From the NCBI GenBank assembly GCA_010405405.1, contig MU004235.1, forward strand, positions 1,192,538-1,256,537: a stretch of DNA of 64,000 bases, in the 5' to 3' direction. The position numbers were made by a program, and so were the translations under genes. Below, in pieces: positions 26,901-40,066 of the stretch. The stretch comes from Microthyrium microscopicum (Eukaryota). Every line of letters starts with the position of its first letter. Position 1 is the stretch's first letter. A model generated the notes under the pieces. It saw nothing but the letters and a program-made list of their open reading frames with translations. It ran no database searches and was not told where the DNA came from.

Positions 26901-28656
26901 TTGTTGAACAATGACATGGATCTGATTGTTCTCAAGGAAGAGAACGAAAACCTCGAGAATGTTGGAGCAGACTTAGACAAGTGGCTGAAGGTCTTCAACA
27001 TGACCGGTAGTGATGAAGAGCTGGCAGCAGCGCAGACCGACCATATCCCACCTCCTCCAACACACGCCATCGTTATTGATGGTGAAACTCTGAAGCTTGC
27101 GCTGCATGAATCAGTCAAGCAAAGGTTCTTGCTTCTCTGCAAGCAATGCAGAGCTGTTCTTTGCTGTCGTGTTAGCCCAAGTCAAAAAGCTGCCGTGGTC
27201 GAAATGGTCAAGAAGGGTCTTGATTGTTTGACGCTTGCCATTGGAGATGGTGCCAACGATGTTGCCATGATTCAAGAAGCCCATGTTGGTGTTGGTATCG
27301 CCGGTGTTGAAGGAAGACAGGCTGTGATGTCCTCTGATTATGCCATTGGGCAATTTCGTTTCTTGACCCGTCTGGTGCTTGTCCATGGCCGGTGGAGTTA
27401 TAGAAGGTTGGCAGAGACTATTGCCAATTTCTTCTACAAGGTAAGAGAATGCTCCCTACACAAACTTGTGCAAGGTTACTAATGCACTCTAGAATCTTGT
27501 CTGGACATTTGCTCTCTTTTGGTATCAGATTTACGCCAATTTTGACTGTTCCTATCTGTACGATTACACCTACATCGTCATGTACAACCTGGCCTTCACT
27601 TCACTCCCCATTATTCTGATGGGCGTCTTGGACCAGGATGTTGACGACAAGGTTTCTCTCGCCGTGCCACAACTCTATATGCGAGGTATCGAACGTAAAG
27701 AATGGACGCAGCCAAAATTCTGGGCATATATGGGAGATGCTCTTTACCAGTCCGTTCTTATCTTCTGGTCTGCATATTTTTTGTTTGCTCCCGCCAATTT
27801 CATCACAACTAATGGTCGGGGTATCGAAGATGTCAAGCGCATGGGTGTCTTTGTTGCGGCCGTGGCAGTTTTCGTCGTCAATCTTTACATCCTATTCAAC
27901 ACGTATCGATGGGATTGGCTCACACTGCTCATACAATTCATCAGTGTTATGCTTTTTTTCCTTTGGACCGGCGCCTGGACTTCATCAACTGGCTCTCAGT
28001 ATTTCTACAAGGCTGCGGCAGAAGTTTTAGGGACACTAAACTTCTGGGCACTGCTTCTGGTCGTTTCTGTCATCTGTCTGCTACCCCGTTTCACTGTCAA
28101 ATCAGCACAAAAGATTTTCTATCCCCAGGATGTTGATATTATTCGCGAACAAGTCAAGCTAGGACGCTTCGACTACCTCAAGGATCAGAATGATGACTTT
28201 GGACAGCCCAAGGAGGACAAGGATCTGGACAATGCTTCAGATAGCTCGAACGCCCTTGTATCTAAGCGTGTACAGCCACCACATCTTCGTCAACAGTCTA
28301 TGACCGAGACCGGGTCAGCCAGACCACTTTACCCACCATCCACCGCCGCCACACACACGGTTAATGGATCTGATGCCACTGACTATAGTAGTCCTATCGG
28401 TCGGACGCCCACTCCCAGTGCAGCCAACCGTCTCTCTGCTGATATCAATCGAAACTCGATGGGCAACTCTCCACGGCCAAGCATCGAACGGAACCGTCAT
28501 AGTTATGATCGGGCTCGACGAAGCATGGACCGAATGCGTCCTTCGTTTGAGGCAAGCGATCACCTAACTTCCGCAGCCATGTTGACCCGACTGGAAAGCT
28601 CCGGATCATATAGACATGCGCGAGAGCGTGGCAGTACGATAGGAGAAGAAACATAG
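23951..28656 (+). CDS. P4-type phospholipid-translocating ATPase (Dnf1/Dnf2-like flippase), three exons
   Basis: NKIRTAKYT, DGETNLK, PISLY, phosphorylation site DKTGTLT, KGADS, TGDK, AIGDGAND. Introns at ~24410-24458 and ~27441-27492. Confidence 0.97.
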
Positions 28657-29967
28657 GACGGGATCTCCCTATCGTCGCAGTCATCAAGGGCGGAATTGCG
28701 AAGCACATGCCAGCCACTCCAAAAGTTGGAGAATGGGCGCACAACTTCTAGAGGCAGCCGCTGGAAGTGGCCACGAAGATTTCAGTTACATGATACCCCT
28801 GGGACGGCAAAACCATCTTGAGCATTGGGCACAGCTTTATGTGGCTGTGCCATCACTAGTACACACTCATCTCACTTTTTTTCTTACACTATATTCAGCA
28901 CTTAGCGCACGCCAGCCATAGCGACCGCTTTTGTCAACTATTTCTACAAACACTACCTGGTCTCTTTTTGTCTTTGCTGCGTGTTTTCTAAATCGAATGT
29001 CTGCATACCCCGTTTGCTATCTACTTGTTCTTGCACAAAGGCGTTTTGATTTGTTTTTGAAGCGCCAACTCTGCCCTTCTACTTACTCATCGGCGATCAA
29101 AGCCTTATTGGACATGACTGGTGGGAAAACACAGTACCTACAAGTGACTTTTTCGTCACCTTTTTCTTTCAGCCGTACGCATTGGATGTACTGTGATGGG
29201 ATTTTGCAGTAGCGGAGGACACTTAGCATTTACATGTCCTGGGTACATAGTTGGTGCTATTGGGAAAAAAGGCAAAAGATTGTTTGATACTGGTGCTACG
29301 TGTGTGTTGTTATTTCCGTCTGTGGAATATTGCTTGGAAGTTGGAAGTGAAGTCTTGGCATAGCGTTTGCTTGGAGATGCGGGTACCTTAGCTTTTGGGT
29401 TGCATCTCTTTGAGGAAGTGGAAATATTAAACCTTTCATAATATTTCGTTGATTGCTGGTTCTTGTGATTTCACACTGAGTTGCTGACATTGTGGGATAG
29501 GTAGCGAGCGATATTCATCATTGAATTTTGATACTGGTAGGGGAAAGGCATCTCATTCAAGGTCAGTGGGCAAGTCCTCGCATCAAATATTATGTATGAT
29601 TTCTTGATCTGACAATACGCTAGGTCGTTGCTGCTAATGCTACATTTAATGTGCAGATGAATATCGAACGAGTCGCCCTTGCTTAAAAGCTCAAAAGCTG
29701 TGAAGATGTTTCAAAGTCTCTGGTCGCGACTTCCTCTTTAGGCAATCTCCATCCAGCCAGGCTGCTCTTTCCTCGCTGACAGCCATGTAACTTCCTGAAC
29801 AAGAAGGGAGTGACTATCAAATATTAAACCGTAGAGCCCGACAACGTATCCATTGACAACACCAACCGACTCAATACTTCAAACCAACCCCATTGACCAT
29901 CTCACCGCATTTATACCTCACATCACACAAGACAACAAACCCAACAACACTGAAGACATACACCATC

Positions 29968-32156
29968 ATGCGTCCACGCACACTCTCCCTCCTTGCCATC
30001 TGGCCCACTCTCACCCTCACCAAGCGCCTAATCGAATCCCACTCTCTCAACCCTTGCATGCCCCATTCTCAAATCGCCGCCTCCTTCTTCCACGCCGTGC
30101 TATCCCCCGACAACCAAACCCTGAGCATCACTACCGAATTCCACTCTCAAATCGCCCTCCCCAACACCACCATCCAATTCGTCGCCACCGCCTATGGCTA
30201 CCCCGTCTTCACCCAGACCATGAACCCGTGCCTCGTCAAAGGCATGGAAGGTGCTTGCCCCTTACACGCTGGCGCAATTCCGAGGATCGACATGAATATA
30301 CCCGTCCCCAAGGACGGATTGGCCAAAGTTCCGGGCGTGGTATATACGATCCCGGATCTGCAGGCGAGTATACGAGTGTGGGTTAATGATACGAATGATG
30401 GGAGACCGGTGGCATGTGTCGAGGCGGATTTGAGTAACGGGGAGACGGTGCATCAAGATGGAGTTGGGTGGGTGGTAGCACTGTTGGTGGGCGGTGGGTT
30501 TGTGGTTGCTGCGGTCTTGTTTGAGAGGGGCTTTGTGCTTGCGGCGTCGAGAACTTCGGCACATGTTATGCTTTTGCTGGGCTACTATCAGGCCATGGCG
30601 CTGGTTGGGCTGTCGGCGGTGAGAATGCCGCCGATTGTGCAGTCTTGGACGCAGAACTTTGTGTGGAGTATGGGGATTGTGAAGGTTGGGTTTTTGCAGG
30701 CACTCGGGTTGTGGTAAGTTATGGTTGTGGATAGGGGAGTTTGGAAATGGGGAAGTGCTAATGGTGAATAGGTACCTGAGAGCTACGGGTGGAAAGCCAT
30801 CGACTCTGTTGTCGAAGTTGGACCATACTTCTGTACGGATTATGAAGCGAACGAACGCGAATGCCTACTTCAAATCGGAGTCAGAGGTTGTATCGGGGAT
30901 GAAGAGAGTGAGCTTCATTGCGTCCATTGAGATTACGAACTTGTTTATGACTACGTACATTTGGTTTGTCATTGTCGTCATGTTCGTCCTTGGGTTCATG
31001 CTATTACTCAACGTCACCTGCAAGAGATTGTCAAAGAAACGAGGAACTAGGCCGCTTCAAGTCTGCGGCGTCCTCTGGAAAACATATCTGAAGGGGATCC
31101 TCTTTCGTGTGGTAAGCAATGAAGCCTATGTTGATTCGCATAACACTGACCTCGACTATAGGGACTCATCTTTTTCGTGCCTCTGAACACCATGTGTTAC
31201 TGGGAGCTTACGCAGCGCAACTCATCCGCTGAAGGAGCCTTAGCCGCTTTGACCGCTGTCAACATATTTGGCTTGTTCTGCTATGCCATGTGGAGGATCA
31301 TTCGTATTTCGAAACAGTCAGCGATGGTGCATGGCAGCAGTATTGTCCAACTATATGGCGATGAGAGAACGCTAAGTCGATGGGGGTTCCTCTTCGCTCA
31401 CTTCAAGGCTACATGTTCTCCATTTGCTGTGGCTATATTGTTGCATCAGTTGGTCAAGAGCATGATCATAGGACTGGGTCAGAATAGCCCGACTGCTCAA
31501 GCTGTTGCTTTCTTTATCCTAGATTTGCTCGCTTTCGTCTTGATTGTGGTATGTTTTCTGGTTCTGAAAGGTGAACGTAGTTCTTGAACTGACGAGACGC
31601 AGCTTTTCCAACCTTATCTGGACTCTGGAACCAATTTCTTCGCAGCTACCACTAGCGGTATCAATCTGGTCAACTCTATTCTTTTGTTCCTTTTCTCGGA
31701 CGCCTTTACTCTTCCTGTACGTTTCTTCTAAACCAAGCGAGATTGGTTCAATCAGAGCTCCAAGCTAACATAACACACACACAGCCGATCGCTAATGGCG
31801 TATCCGGAATTATCTTCTTCTTCATTAACCTCGTGTTCCTGGCTATTGTGCTATTCTTGACTGTATACAGCTGCATTGTATCACTCTGGAAGGCCAATCC
31901 AGATGTAGCTGGACGGAAACTCCTGGATGACCGTGCTTCCTTCATCAAGCCTCATACACCATGGAGCCATGGCGATTTATCAGCACTTGGACTAACCGCG
32001 CGAGGAGAGTCGCAGCAGTCTCTTCATCGACTGGCTTCTTTGAAGACGAATTCTTCGACTCGAATGGAGCAGATGTCCTCAATGGCCACTCTTACAGATG
32101 GTACCCGACATCGACCAGCTCAGTACGCTGCCGATTGGGTTCCTGGCTCTCGTTGA
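29968..32156 (+). CDS. FLC/TRP-like (Pkd2/Flc) membrane protein with N-terminal ML-like domain, multi-exon
   Basis: Signal peptide, ATAYG..NPC..CP, YTIPDL, ACVEADLSNG, MPPIVQSWTQNFVWSMG, GMKRVSF, WGFLF motifs. Confidence 0.88.
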
Positions 32157-32365
32157 TCATAGCAAGCAAAATCTGGAATGGAATGTCAAGAGAGATATGT
32201 ATACCGAAAGGCATCACTGTACAAAGATGTATAAATGGAGCACCATACCATGTCTTCATTAGCTAAATATCATTATTCTCTATCCTTTCTTTGGAGACCG
32301 CTCTATAGTGACAGACAAATCGAACCTCGTTCATATCCATCAAAGTTCAAATTGGTATATCTTAC

Positions 32366-35251
32366 CTACATCGCATCTGACAACCCAGCCAGCCGACTTT
32401 CGAATCGTCCTGGCGTGGTCGGAAATCCAGACGCAAACGCGCCATTATTCCCAAAGCCATCCAGCTCTCCCCCTGCCTCTACACCATTCGATCCAGTTGC
32501 TCCCCATTCTCGCCACTCATCCCCCGGATTCCCAAAACTCAGAAAATCCAAGTTCGGCACCGTCGCGGGCTCTCCATTCTCACCTATCGTCGGCAGATCA
32601 CGAAGTTCCGGAAAATGAACAGAAGCTAAAGCGCTAATGTCATGGCTGTCCGCAGCATCAGCACCCATCCACGTTGCGCCGCCCGCAGACGCCGAGCTCT
32701 CTAGGATACTGCCCGTCCCACCAGCAGGCCAGCTCCCAAGCTCACTCCTCGGCGTAACAAGCACATAACTATCCGGCCTCTCCAACTCACCCCCCGCATC
32801 ACTCGCCTTCCTACCCCTCCCCACACTCGCCAGCAACGGATCAATCTGCAGATCCAAATGCGCCGGCCTCACCGCATCATTAAAACTGTGCCGCATTCCG
32901 CGGTTCAGCTGCCGTCTCTTGTTAGAGAAACTTGGCAACTCTGCGTCCATGCTGGAGCTATCTCGCCGCGCGGGTATGGCGTGTGGGATGTGGTTGTGGT
33001 GGGAGGGTGCGTGGATCTTGTGCAGCAGGTTGTCGGATGCGGGCAGACCGCGCAGTTCGGCGAGCACGGCTTGCAGGACGATGAACATGCGCTCGGCGGG
33101 CTGGTAGGTGTAGGACATGTCGTGTAGGGCGGCGGAGAGACATTCGAGGTATTGCATGTTGTTGTTGCGGTCGTTGCCGTCTTTTAGAAAGGCGAGGGCT
33201 GCTACTAGCGCGGTGGCGGCTGTGCCCTGGAGAGTTGGGTGTTAGTATTTGTTTATGCAGAAAAAGGGGGTTGGAAAAGGGGTATGGACTTACGGCGTGT
33301 TGCATGCCAGTGACGGGGATTTGTCGTCCGTTGAAACGTTGGCGGTGGTGCCAGAAGATTTTGGCGACTTTGAGAGCTTGTTTGGTGCAGACTGCGCGGG
33401 ATAGGGCGGAGAAGTGGTGTTCTGTGGAGTTTGCGTTTTCTTCGTCGGTGGCGGGTGCTTCTTCGTACATGGCGAAGGGCCGGTGGAGGAGGATTAAACA
33501 GGTGTGGTATTGTTGGTGGAGGAGGAAGAATGAAAGAGGCGCCGTTTCGACGTTCTTGTTGTTGTATTTCAGCTGTTCGGGCAGTCGAGAGTGCCACCGC
33601 CCAAATTCGCGGTCCAGCGAAGCCATGCGTAGATAGGCTTCTTGGTCGATCGCGGCGGAGTCGGACATGGAGCGGCCTTCCATGTTTTCGGTGATGCCGC
33701 CGGCGAGCTCCATGAGGTCGAGAAGAGCTTCGTAGATTTGCGTTTCGAGAGCTTTTTCTTCGCCGGCGGGCTTGCATGTTCCGAGGCGTTCGAATTGTTT
33801 GGCGAGGTGGTAGACTTCTAGATCCGCGCTCTTCATGCTTGTGGGCCGTCCAAGGAAGAGAGCCCAGTATTTGTCGTAGACTACACAGGCCCAGAGTGTC
33901 ATGCGACGGATATCAAGCTCGCGTTGACATAGGCCGGTGGAACGGGCGTCAAGATGGAGGCCAATATCAAAGGCAATTCTGTTTGCCATGCCTGCATATA
34001 GCCAGCCGACGTTATCTCGGCCTACACTGCATTCCATGTCTCCGAGGAGGAGGAGAGCGGCGACACTGGGGATGCTGCCTGGACGCTCTAATTCAAAGTC
34101 GAGCATATACTTTGCTTCTCGGTGCAAAGAGCTCTCTCTTGGGCCCACAGTGATGCGTTGCATGTCCGGACGACTGCGGTCCGCAAACCGATATCCCATG
34201 GCCAATACACAGATGTGCAGAAACGGAGAGAAGAACTGCCCACCGCCTCTCTCCTTGTCCTCTTGGAAAGCGTCATAGTGCAATACGTGGAGATATGTGT
34301 TATAGTGCTGCCAGAATAGGCCCATGAGATAATCATAGGTCTCTACTGACAATTGTCGAATGGCTTTATCGGCTCGCCGTGATTGTTCCATGGCTTCTCG
34401 CGACTCAGCAGCCGGCATGCCAAATTCAGAATGAACATGACAATTGGTTGTAGGGCCAAAATATCTCAACCTCCCATTTAGTTGATCGAAGCTAAGATGA
34501 CCTCGGGTTGAAAGCAGACGACTAACAATACCATCTTTCTTGGGAGGTGGTATCATGGAAGGGGAAGGCGCGGAGTGAGCTGAATGCGAGTCGTCCCCCT
34601 GATGAGATGGGCTATTCTCGCGGTCGAACATCAACTCATCACCTTGACTGTCTGGACTCGAATGTTGGTTTTCTGAGTGTGAACCGCCAGACGCCTTTGT
34701 TGCCACCTGCCGAGTCTTGCTGTCTTTTCGATATGTTGATGGATCCGATTCTTCAGAGCGAGCGCCATGACGTGTCATTGGAGGGTGTTGTGCTGGAGGT
34801 AGATCCTGTCCAGTGTCTTTGAGCATCGACTCGAGGACAGTGATTCGATCTGTAAGAGAGCACATGTAAGCTCGTGAGATGGGTCTATACAAGGTCAGTG
34901 TCTGCCCCGTAAGGCTTCAAAAGTTTCACTAGCCGTCGTCTTTCGTCATCGTTCTTGATAACGCATTCCACACCAGATCGTTTGCACTGGGTGCATTCTG
35001 ATTCTCCTTGTGGTACTACACACTGAGGAATATAAGCTCACGTGTCGCGTCATCATGGACTGTAAACTTACTCGGATCCTCCGGTCTCTGCATGTAGCAC
35101 AAGCAACGGAAGCCCGATGTCTTGCCTTTGTTTTTTTGCCGTTGGTAGTCGCTTGAGATTCATGTTCGTTTTGTTCTTTTGAATCAGTGTCGACTTCAGA
35201 ATTCGCGGCATTTTGCTGGGCCGCTTTTGTCGATGCGTCATCTGCCGCCAT
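32366..35251 (-). CDS. Zn(II)2Cys6 transcription factor with fungal-specific TF middle domain, multi-exon
   Basis: ACATCRDRRIR|CVVPQGESECTQCKRSGVEC split by an intron; GRLRYFGPT; AFDIGLHLD; RRMTLWACVVYDKYWALFLGRP. Confidence 0.95.
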
Positions 35252-36075
35252 GTTGCTCTGGCGTTGAGAGAATCAGGGGTATCAAAGGCAATTCAGGTCA
35301 TACAATAACAAAACTACAGTTACAATTATTACTGTTGTATTTGCTAAAGTTCAAAGGATATCGAAAGAAAAATGGAGGGGCAGAACGTGTAAAGATCCAC
35401 AGAATTGCCGTCTATCCAGAAGCAAGCAGCACTTTTCTAAAGAGTTTACGGAAGCAACCCAAATGCCCGGCCTACGCCCTGCTCCACGAAAGAAACCACG
35501 ATTGAAGATTTGCGGGGCCCCGCACAAACCGCTATGGCAAAACGAGCAGGCCAAGCGACCCTCGCATTGGCTAGCATGAGCATCATGGGATGGGGAAGCC
35601 TGAGCAGGTAATTTTCTAGGCGTGTCCAGCCATGTCTGGGCTGTTGTTCGTGGCATCGCCACGCGTACTAGAGTACCGTTCAGCGATGTTTAGAAGCACT
35701 ACCCCGGTTTGCGGAAGGTGGTTAGCAGCTAGCATTGAAGAAATGGTCAGGGTAGATGACCTGCAGTAGGGCCAATGATAGACCATAATGATGGAATGAT
35801 GGATTATTAGATCGAGGAGAAAAAGCAGCCAGAGTTGCTCGATGCTGTCGACGGACCGAATCAGCATCCACTGTGATTCTGCGAGGTCGGATATTGCCTG
35901 GTGAGGAGAAAGAAAGTGCAGCTGTAGTTGGAGATATCGCGAAAAAAGGGGGTGGTGATTGGCTGCGTGGCAGGGCACGCATGGCGTTCTTGACTCGATT
36001 GAGTTGCTCCACTCGTAGGAACCAGCATCCACATGATTCAAGCCTCTTTGGGACTGGGCAAGTCCAGGCTAGTTG

Positions 36076-36370
36076 TTATCTCAGTTCTCAGACCCTAACC
36101 CTGCCCGTCCGCGGGCTCCCTCCGCAGGAGGGTCTGAGGACAACTCGGATCTTTTTAGCGTGACGCGCTTNNNNNNNNNNGGTGCTGCTCCTCTTCCCTG
36201 CTCTCCGCTTTGCAAAAGCCCAGACAGATCGCCACCATCATCGTGGCCGATGAGCTGCGTTGGGCGTGTGCTCCTTTATCTCAGTTCTCAGACCCTAACC
36301 CTGCCCGTCCGCGGGCTCCCTCCGCAGGAGGGTCTGAGGACAACTCGGATCTTTTTAGCGTGACGCGCTT
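36076..36370 (+). repeat. Exact 95-bp duplication (36076-36170 and 36276-36370) either side of an N gap; putative element terminus/TIR
   Basis: ttatctcagttctcagaccctaaccc...gtgacgcgctt occurs twice with different left flanks; internal inverted repeat ctcagaccct/agggtctgag. Confidence 0.85.
36171..36180. other. Scaffold gap (10 N)
   Basis: nnnnnnnnnn in the sequence. Confidence 1.
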
Positions 36371-36491
36371 CGTGGTTGTTAGTAAATGCCTATATTATTG
36401 CAACCGTGTCCTCGCCACCAATATATATATATTTTTAATAATTCTACCATCATTGCAATCACCGTTTTTTCCTCTATCGATTCTATAAATT

Positions 36492-39400
36492 ATGCCTCCC
36501 ATTAGAAGTACGCGTCGTGGAGGAGGGTCTCATAGAGATAACCCAATTTCTACACAGACCAGGCGTACCTCTCTTCGGCAACAACAGCAGCAAAGGTAGA
36601 TTTATCTCTATAATAATAAAGAGTCTATATTTATGTATCTATAGCAATACCACAACCACGACAGATCCCGCGAATACCTCAAGTAGGATTCAACATGAGC
36701 CTAACAATGCCGAACCATCAGGTCCTTCACAACCAGCGGCGACGACAACACCACGGCAGAGCCCAAACTCGGCCAAAAAAAAGCTCACTGTGATACTTAA
36801 ATGTATTCGAGATCAGAAGATGTCAATGAGATCGTTTCTTCTATCGTGGGCTGGCCAAAAGGATAGTCATAGCAAGATTGTCCTTGATAACGACAAGTAT
36901 GCCAACGTTATCGGTCGCCGTACGCTCTTGAAGGATGTTATAGAACAGTTATCAAGTGATGGGATTATGCCAGAGTATCACACTGATTCTAGACTATGGA
37001 CAGAGTTTCGCGCCCTCGCAAAACTTACAGGTTTCAACCGCTTCAGTAGTAGAGTAGACGGTACGAACATCGACTTCAAGAAAGCCATTAAGAAGATGAG
37101 GAACACTGCACCTATTTGGACAGCCTTCCTTCATAAACTTATGCGCAATCGGGACCACAAGACATACAAACGGAGTGACAAGCCGGGATGGAAGCTCATG
37201 TATATGATCACAGCAATCATTCTTCATCGGCGGAGTAGAGAGACAAATAACTATCTGGCAGCGACGCTTGGTGTCTATTTGCTCGGGTCGGGTGTGAAGA
37301 GACGGGTTATGGACTTGCTAGCAGCTCTTGGAGTATGTACTGGTTATAAGACTGCACTAAGGCATATGAAGAAGGTTTCGAGACGGGCCTTGGTATGTAA
37401 CGGTACTATGCTTAGTATTGAACATGAGATCTTGCAAGATCTTTGAACATGTTGCAAGATCTTTGCACATCTTATAACATCTTCGCACATGTTGCAAGAT
37501 CTTTGCACATCTTATAAGATCTTTGAAAATCTTAAGTTCATAACCTTGAAAGACCTTATGCATTGCTAACGCCCAATATATAGAGAAACATTAGACGACG
37601 CGCACTAAACCGTCGGGCTGTCCTATGTTACGACAACATGAACTTTGCATCTCGCAAGCGCAACGAGATAGTAGGCAATACTGCAAGTATGGCGGCCGTT
37701 ACTACTGCTATTATCGCGATCTGTCCATCCTTACCTCCAGGAGGACTAACACAAGATATGCACGATCCAACAAAGGAGTTCGACTGGAAATCAATACAGG
37801 AAGGCCCATTAGTAAAGGCCGATGGCCAAGGAGGTGAACATGTCAAAACCATTAGCCGGTGCCTTATCGTGGACGCTTTGAAACGCGGCATTCCGGATAT
37901 CATCAAACCTTGGATTGCAAAGCATAAAAAGGATAAACACTGGCCTGGCATGCCAGACATTGATATACTTGCACCACACAAGACAGAGTTTGATCAGCTC
38001 GGCGCTATCATGGAGAACGAGGGAACAACAGATGGTACTTACCGAGTACACGATGAAATCTTCTTACGACATTTCGGCTTCCCAAAACCTCCAATCAATG
38101 ATGCAGGAGACGTGGCCTCATCATCCGATATCACAGCGTCTGTTCCATCCTCTCCACCTAATTCTGGACCAGACGCCTCTTCATCTAGTGTGGCCTATTC
38201 GTCTTCTGGCCGAACGTGCAGCGGGAGTTCATCCGTCCATCATATCTCTAGCCAGGACGGATCTGACGTAGATATGTCTGAGAATGCATCCCCGTCTAGC
38301 AGCGGCCCTGAAGACAATAACCACAACAATAACCACAACAACGAGTGGATTGATGTTGAAGACGATAACGCAAGCGAGTTTGATGATAGTGAAATAGGAG
38401 AGGCGTCTGACAAAGAAGGCAGCACAGACATTGAGTCTATTAGCGACACAAGTGCGTCTCCTAATCCTGGACGCGGTATTCCTCCAGTAGATTCCGTACC
38501 AGCATCGTCATCCAGCATCTTGGGTACAGTTAGCGATGAAAACTCTACTGATGGTTCACAAGCGTTGGATCCAAGTGCCAGGATCTTCGGAAAGAGGCTG
38601 TTTCTTACCCATGGTGATCAGTTAAGCACAAAGATCAACCGCTCTATCAAGGCCGAGGCATTCAATGAAACACAACCGTACGATTCGAGGAAGTTCCTTC
38701 ATCCGGTTCCTGGGTGGTTCCATATATACATGAACTACTTCTTCCACATTGTTCGAACCCATTGGGATTCCTCCGAGGTCGATACACCGGCTCCACATTC
38801 TATTATGCACGACGTTAGTGTATGGGGACGAAGCTGCAGAAAGCGCGACAATGCCCAAACCCATCAGGTTATTCCTGTCTTGATACAAGGATTTAGTAGT
38901 AGAGTCCTGGCGTTGTTTTTGCGGAGTCTGGACCGGAAAGGTCACTGCCCTGGGCGTGTTGATGATTCATTCTTTGCCGTCCCAGAACTACTCAAATCCT
39001 GTATCAATAGGTTATCCATGGAACAGTTCGACGAGATCATTGAAGATGTCCGTCAAACAGCCTTCACGAGAGAAGCATGGGACGGGCGCCCAGATGGGAG
39101 TGATGATATCGAGTTCCGAACCATGTGCCGGTACTTGCAAGAGATTGAGTTGCTCTTAACTATGCGATATGCCCTTCGATATGGCGATATTGGACTTTTG
39201 CGCCTCCTGGTTGATCCCCTAACCATTCACTTTTATGGCACTGGTCAGAACAACTATGGGGATGAGATGCTATGGCTCAGGTGGAACTTATCTGATGTGA
39301 ATACTCCTGAACTTCAAAGGTCTATCCTGGCCTCGAGCTTAGTCAACTGGGAAGGCCGTAAGAACTCCTTTAAGCCTATGGATCTAGGACTGGAGCATTT

Positions 39401-39920
39401 GAATGGCAACTGCAGTAGAGACATGAAGTCGTTTGGTAACTCGACTCACGACGTTGAGGCAACATTCAACAGAGTCTGCCTCTGTAATACGTACATGCGT
39501 CATTTACAAGACGCATTTGCGCGTGCGTTCGTGCGCAAGGCCAGTAACAAGCATACCAACGCTAGTGCGGAGCATGATATATTCTTGTTATGCCAGAATC
39601 TGATCAAAGATGGCCTTGCGGAGTCTCGACCCCAGTCCGCAATCGAGAACTACGGCCCATATTATGACTCGCCAGATGTAAAGAGGATAGGACTTGACAA
39701 GCTTGACATCAAAGCCGAGTCTTTCAATCGCAAAACCACTATCAGGCAAGATCATATGGGAAACAACATCACAACCAGGCCTATTGACATTCTTGACCAA
39801 GACGTTGATAGTAACGACTTGGATGTACGAGAAGAGGTTGCGATGGAGGAGACCATGGGCGATGTATTGTTTGACGGAGATGATCCTGGCGCATTCGAAG
39901 CCATGGAAGTTGATTTGTAA
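36492..39920 (+). CDS. Academ/DUF6589-like DDE transposase, ~1062 aa (exons 36492-36595, 36645-37392, 37584-39920)
   Basis: In-frame splicing at GT-AG sites; motifs G.YL..SG.KRRV.D.LA.LG.C..Y, YDNMNF, ENEGTTDG, HGDQLS, PVPGWFHIYMN, GDIG, NY..E, LVN..G....P.DLGLEHLN. These match the D-D-E pattern I recognise from DUF6589/Academ proteins. Confidence 0.8.
37421..37533. repeat. Perfectly 10-bp-periodic array (~11 units, core A(G/C)AT(C/G)TT) inside transposase intron 2
   Basis: gatcttgcaa gatctttgaa catgttgcaa gatctttgca catcttataa catcttcgca catgttgcaa gatctttgca catcttataa gatctttgaa aatctt. Confidence 0.92.
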
Positions 39921-39983
39921 ATATGCATTTATTTAAGGTTTCTGCTTCGGTCGTGATTCGTGCAAGGTCAAAATTATGGCAGG

Positions 39984-40066
39984 ATGTGATAGGATCTTAT
40001 CTGTTGTGATATAATCTGATTAATGTTAGAAAATGTTAGATGATGTGAGATGATGTTAGCCAATAG
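39984..40066 (+). promoter_or_regulatory. Phased WT(C/G)T array + CCAAT cassette (copy 1)
   Basis: About eight ~10-bp-spaced atgt/atct/ttgt motifs ending in gatgttagCCAATag. Confidence 0.65.

Noticed and set aside
36093..36101. Telomere or telomere-linked helicase locus (ccctaaccc plus RecQ-like gene)
   Set aside because: Only about 1.5 telomeric units, embedded in a hairpin; the helicase is better explained as the transposon partner.
36061..36280. Target-site duplication around the duplicated 95-mer
   Set aside because: The two flanks match neither directly nor as reverse complements.
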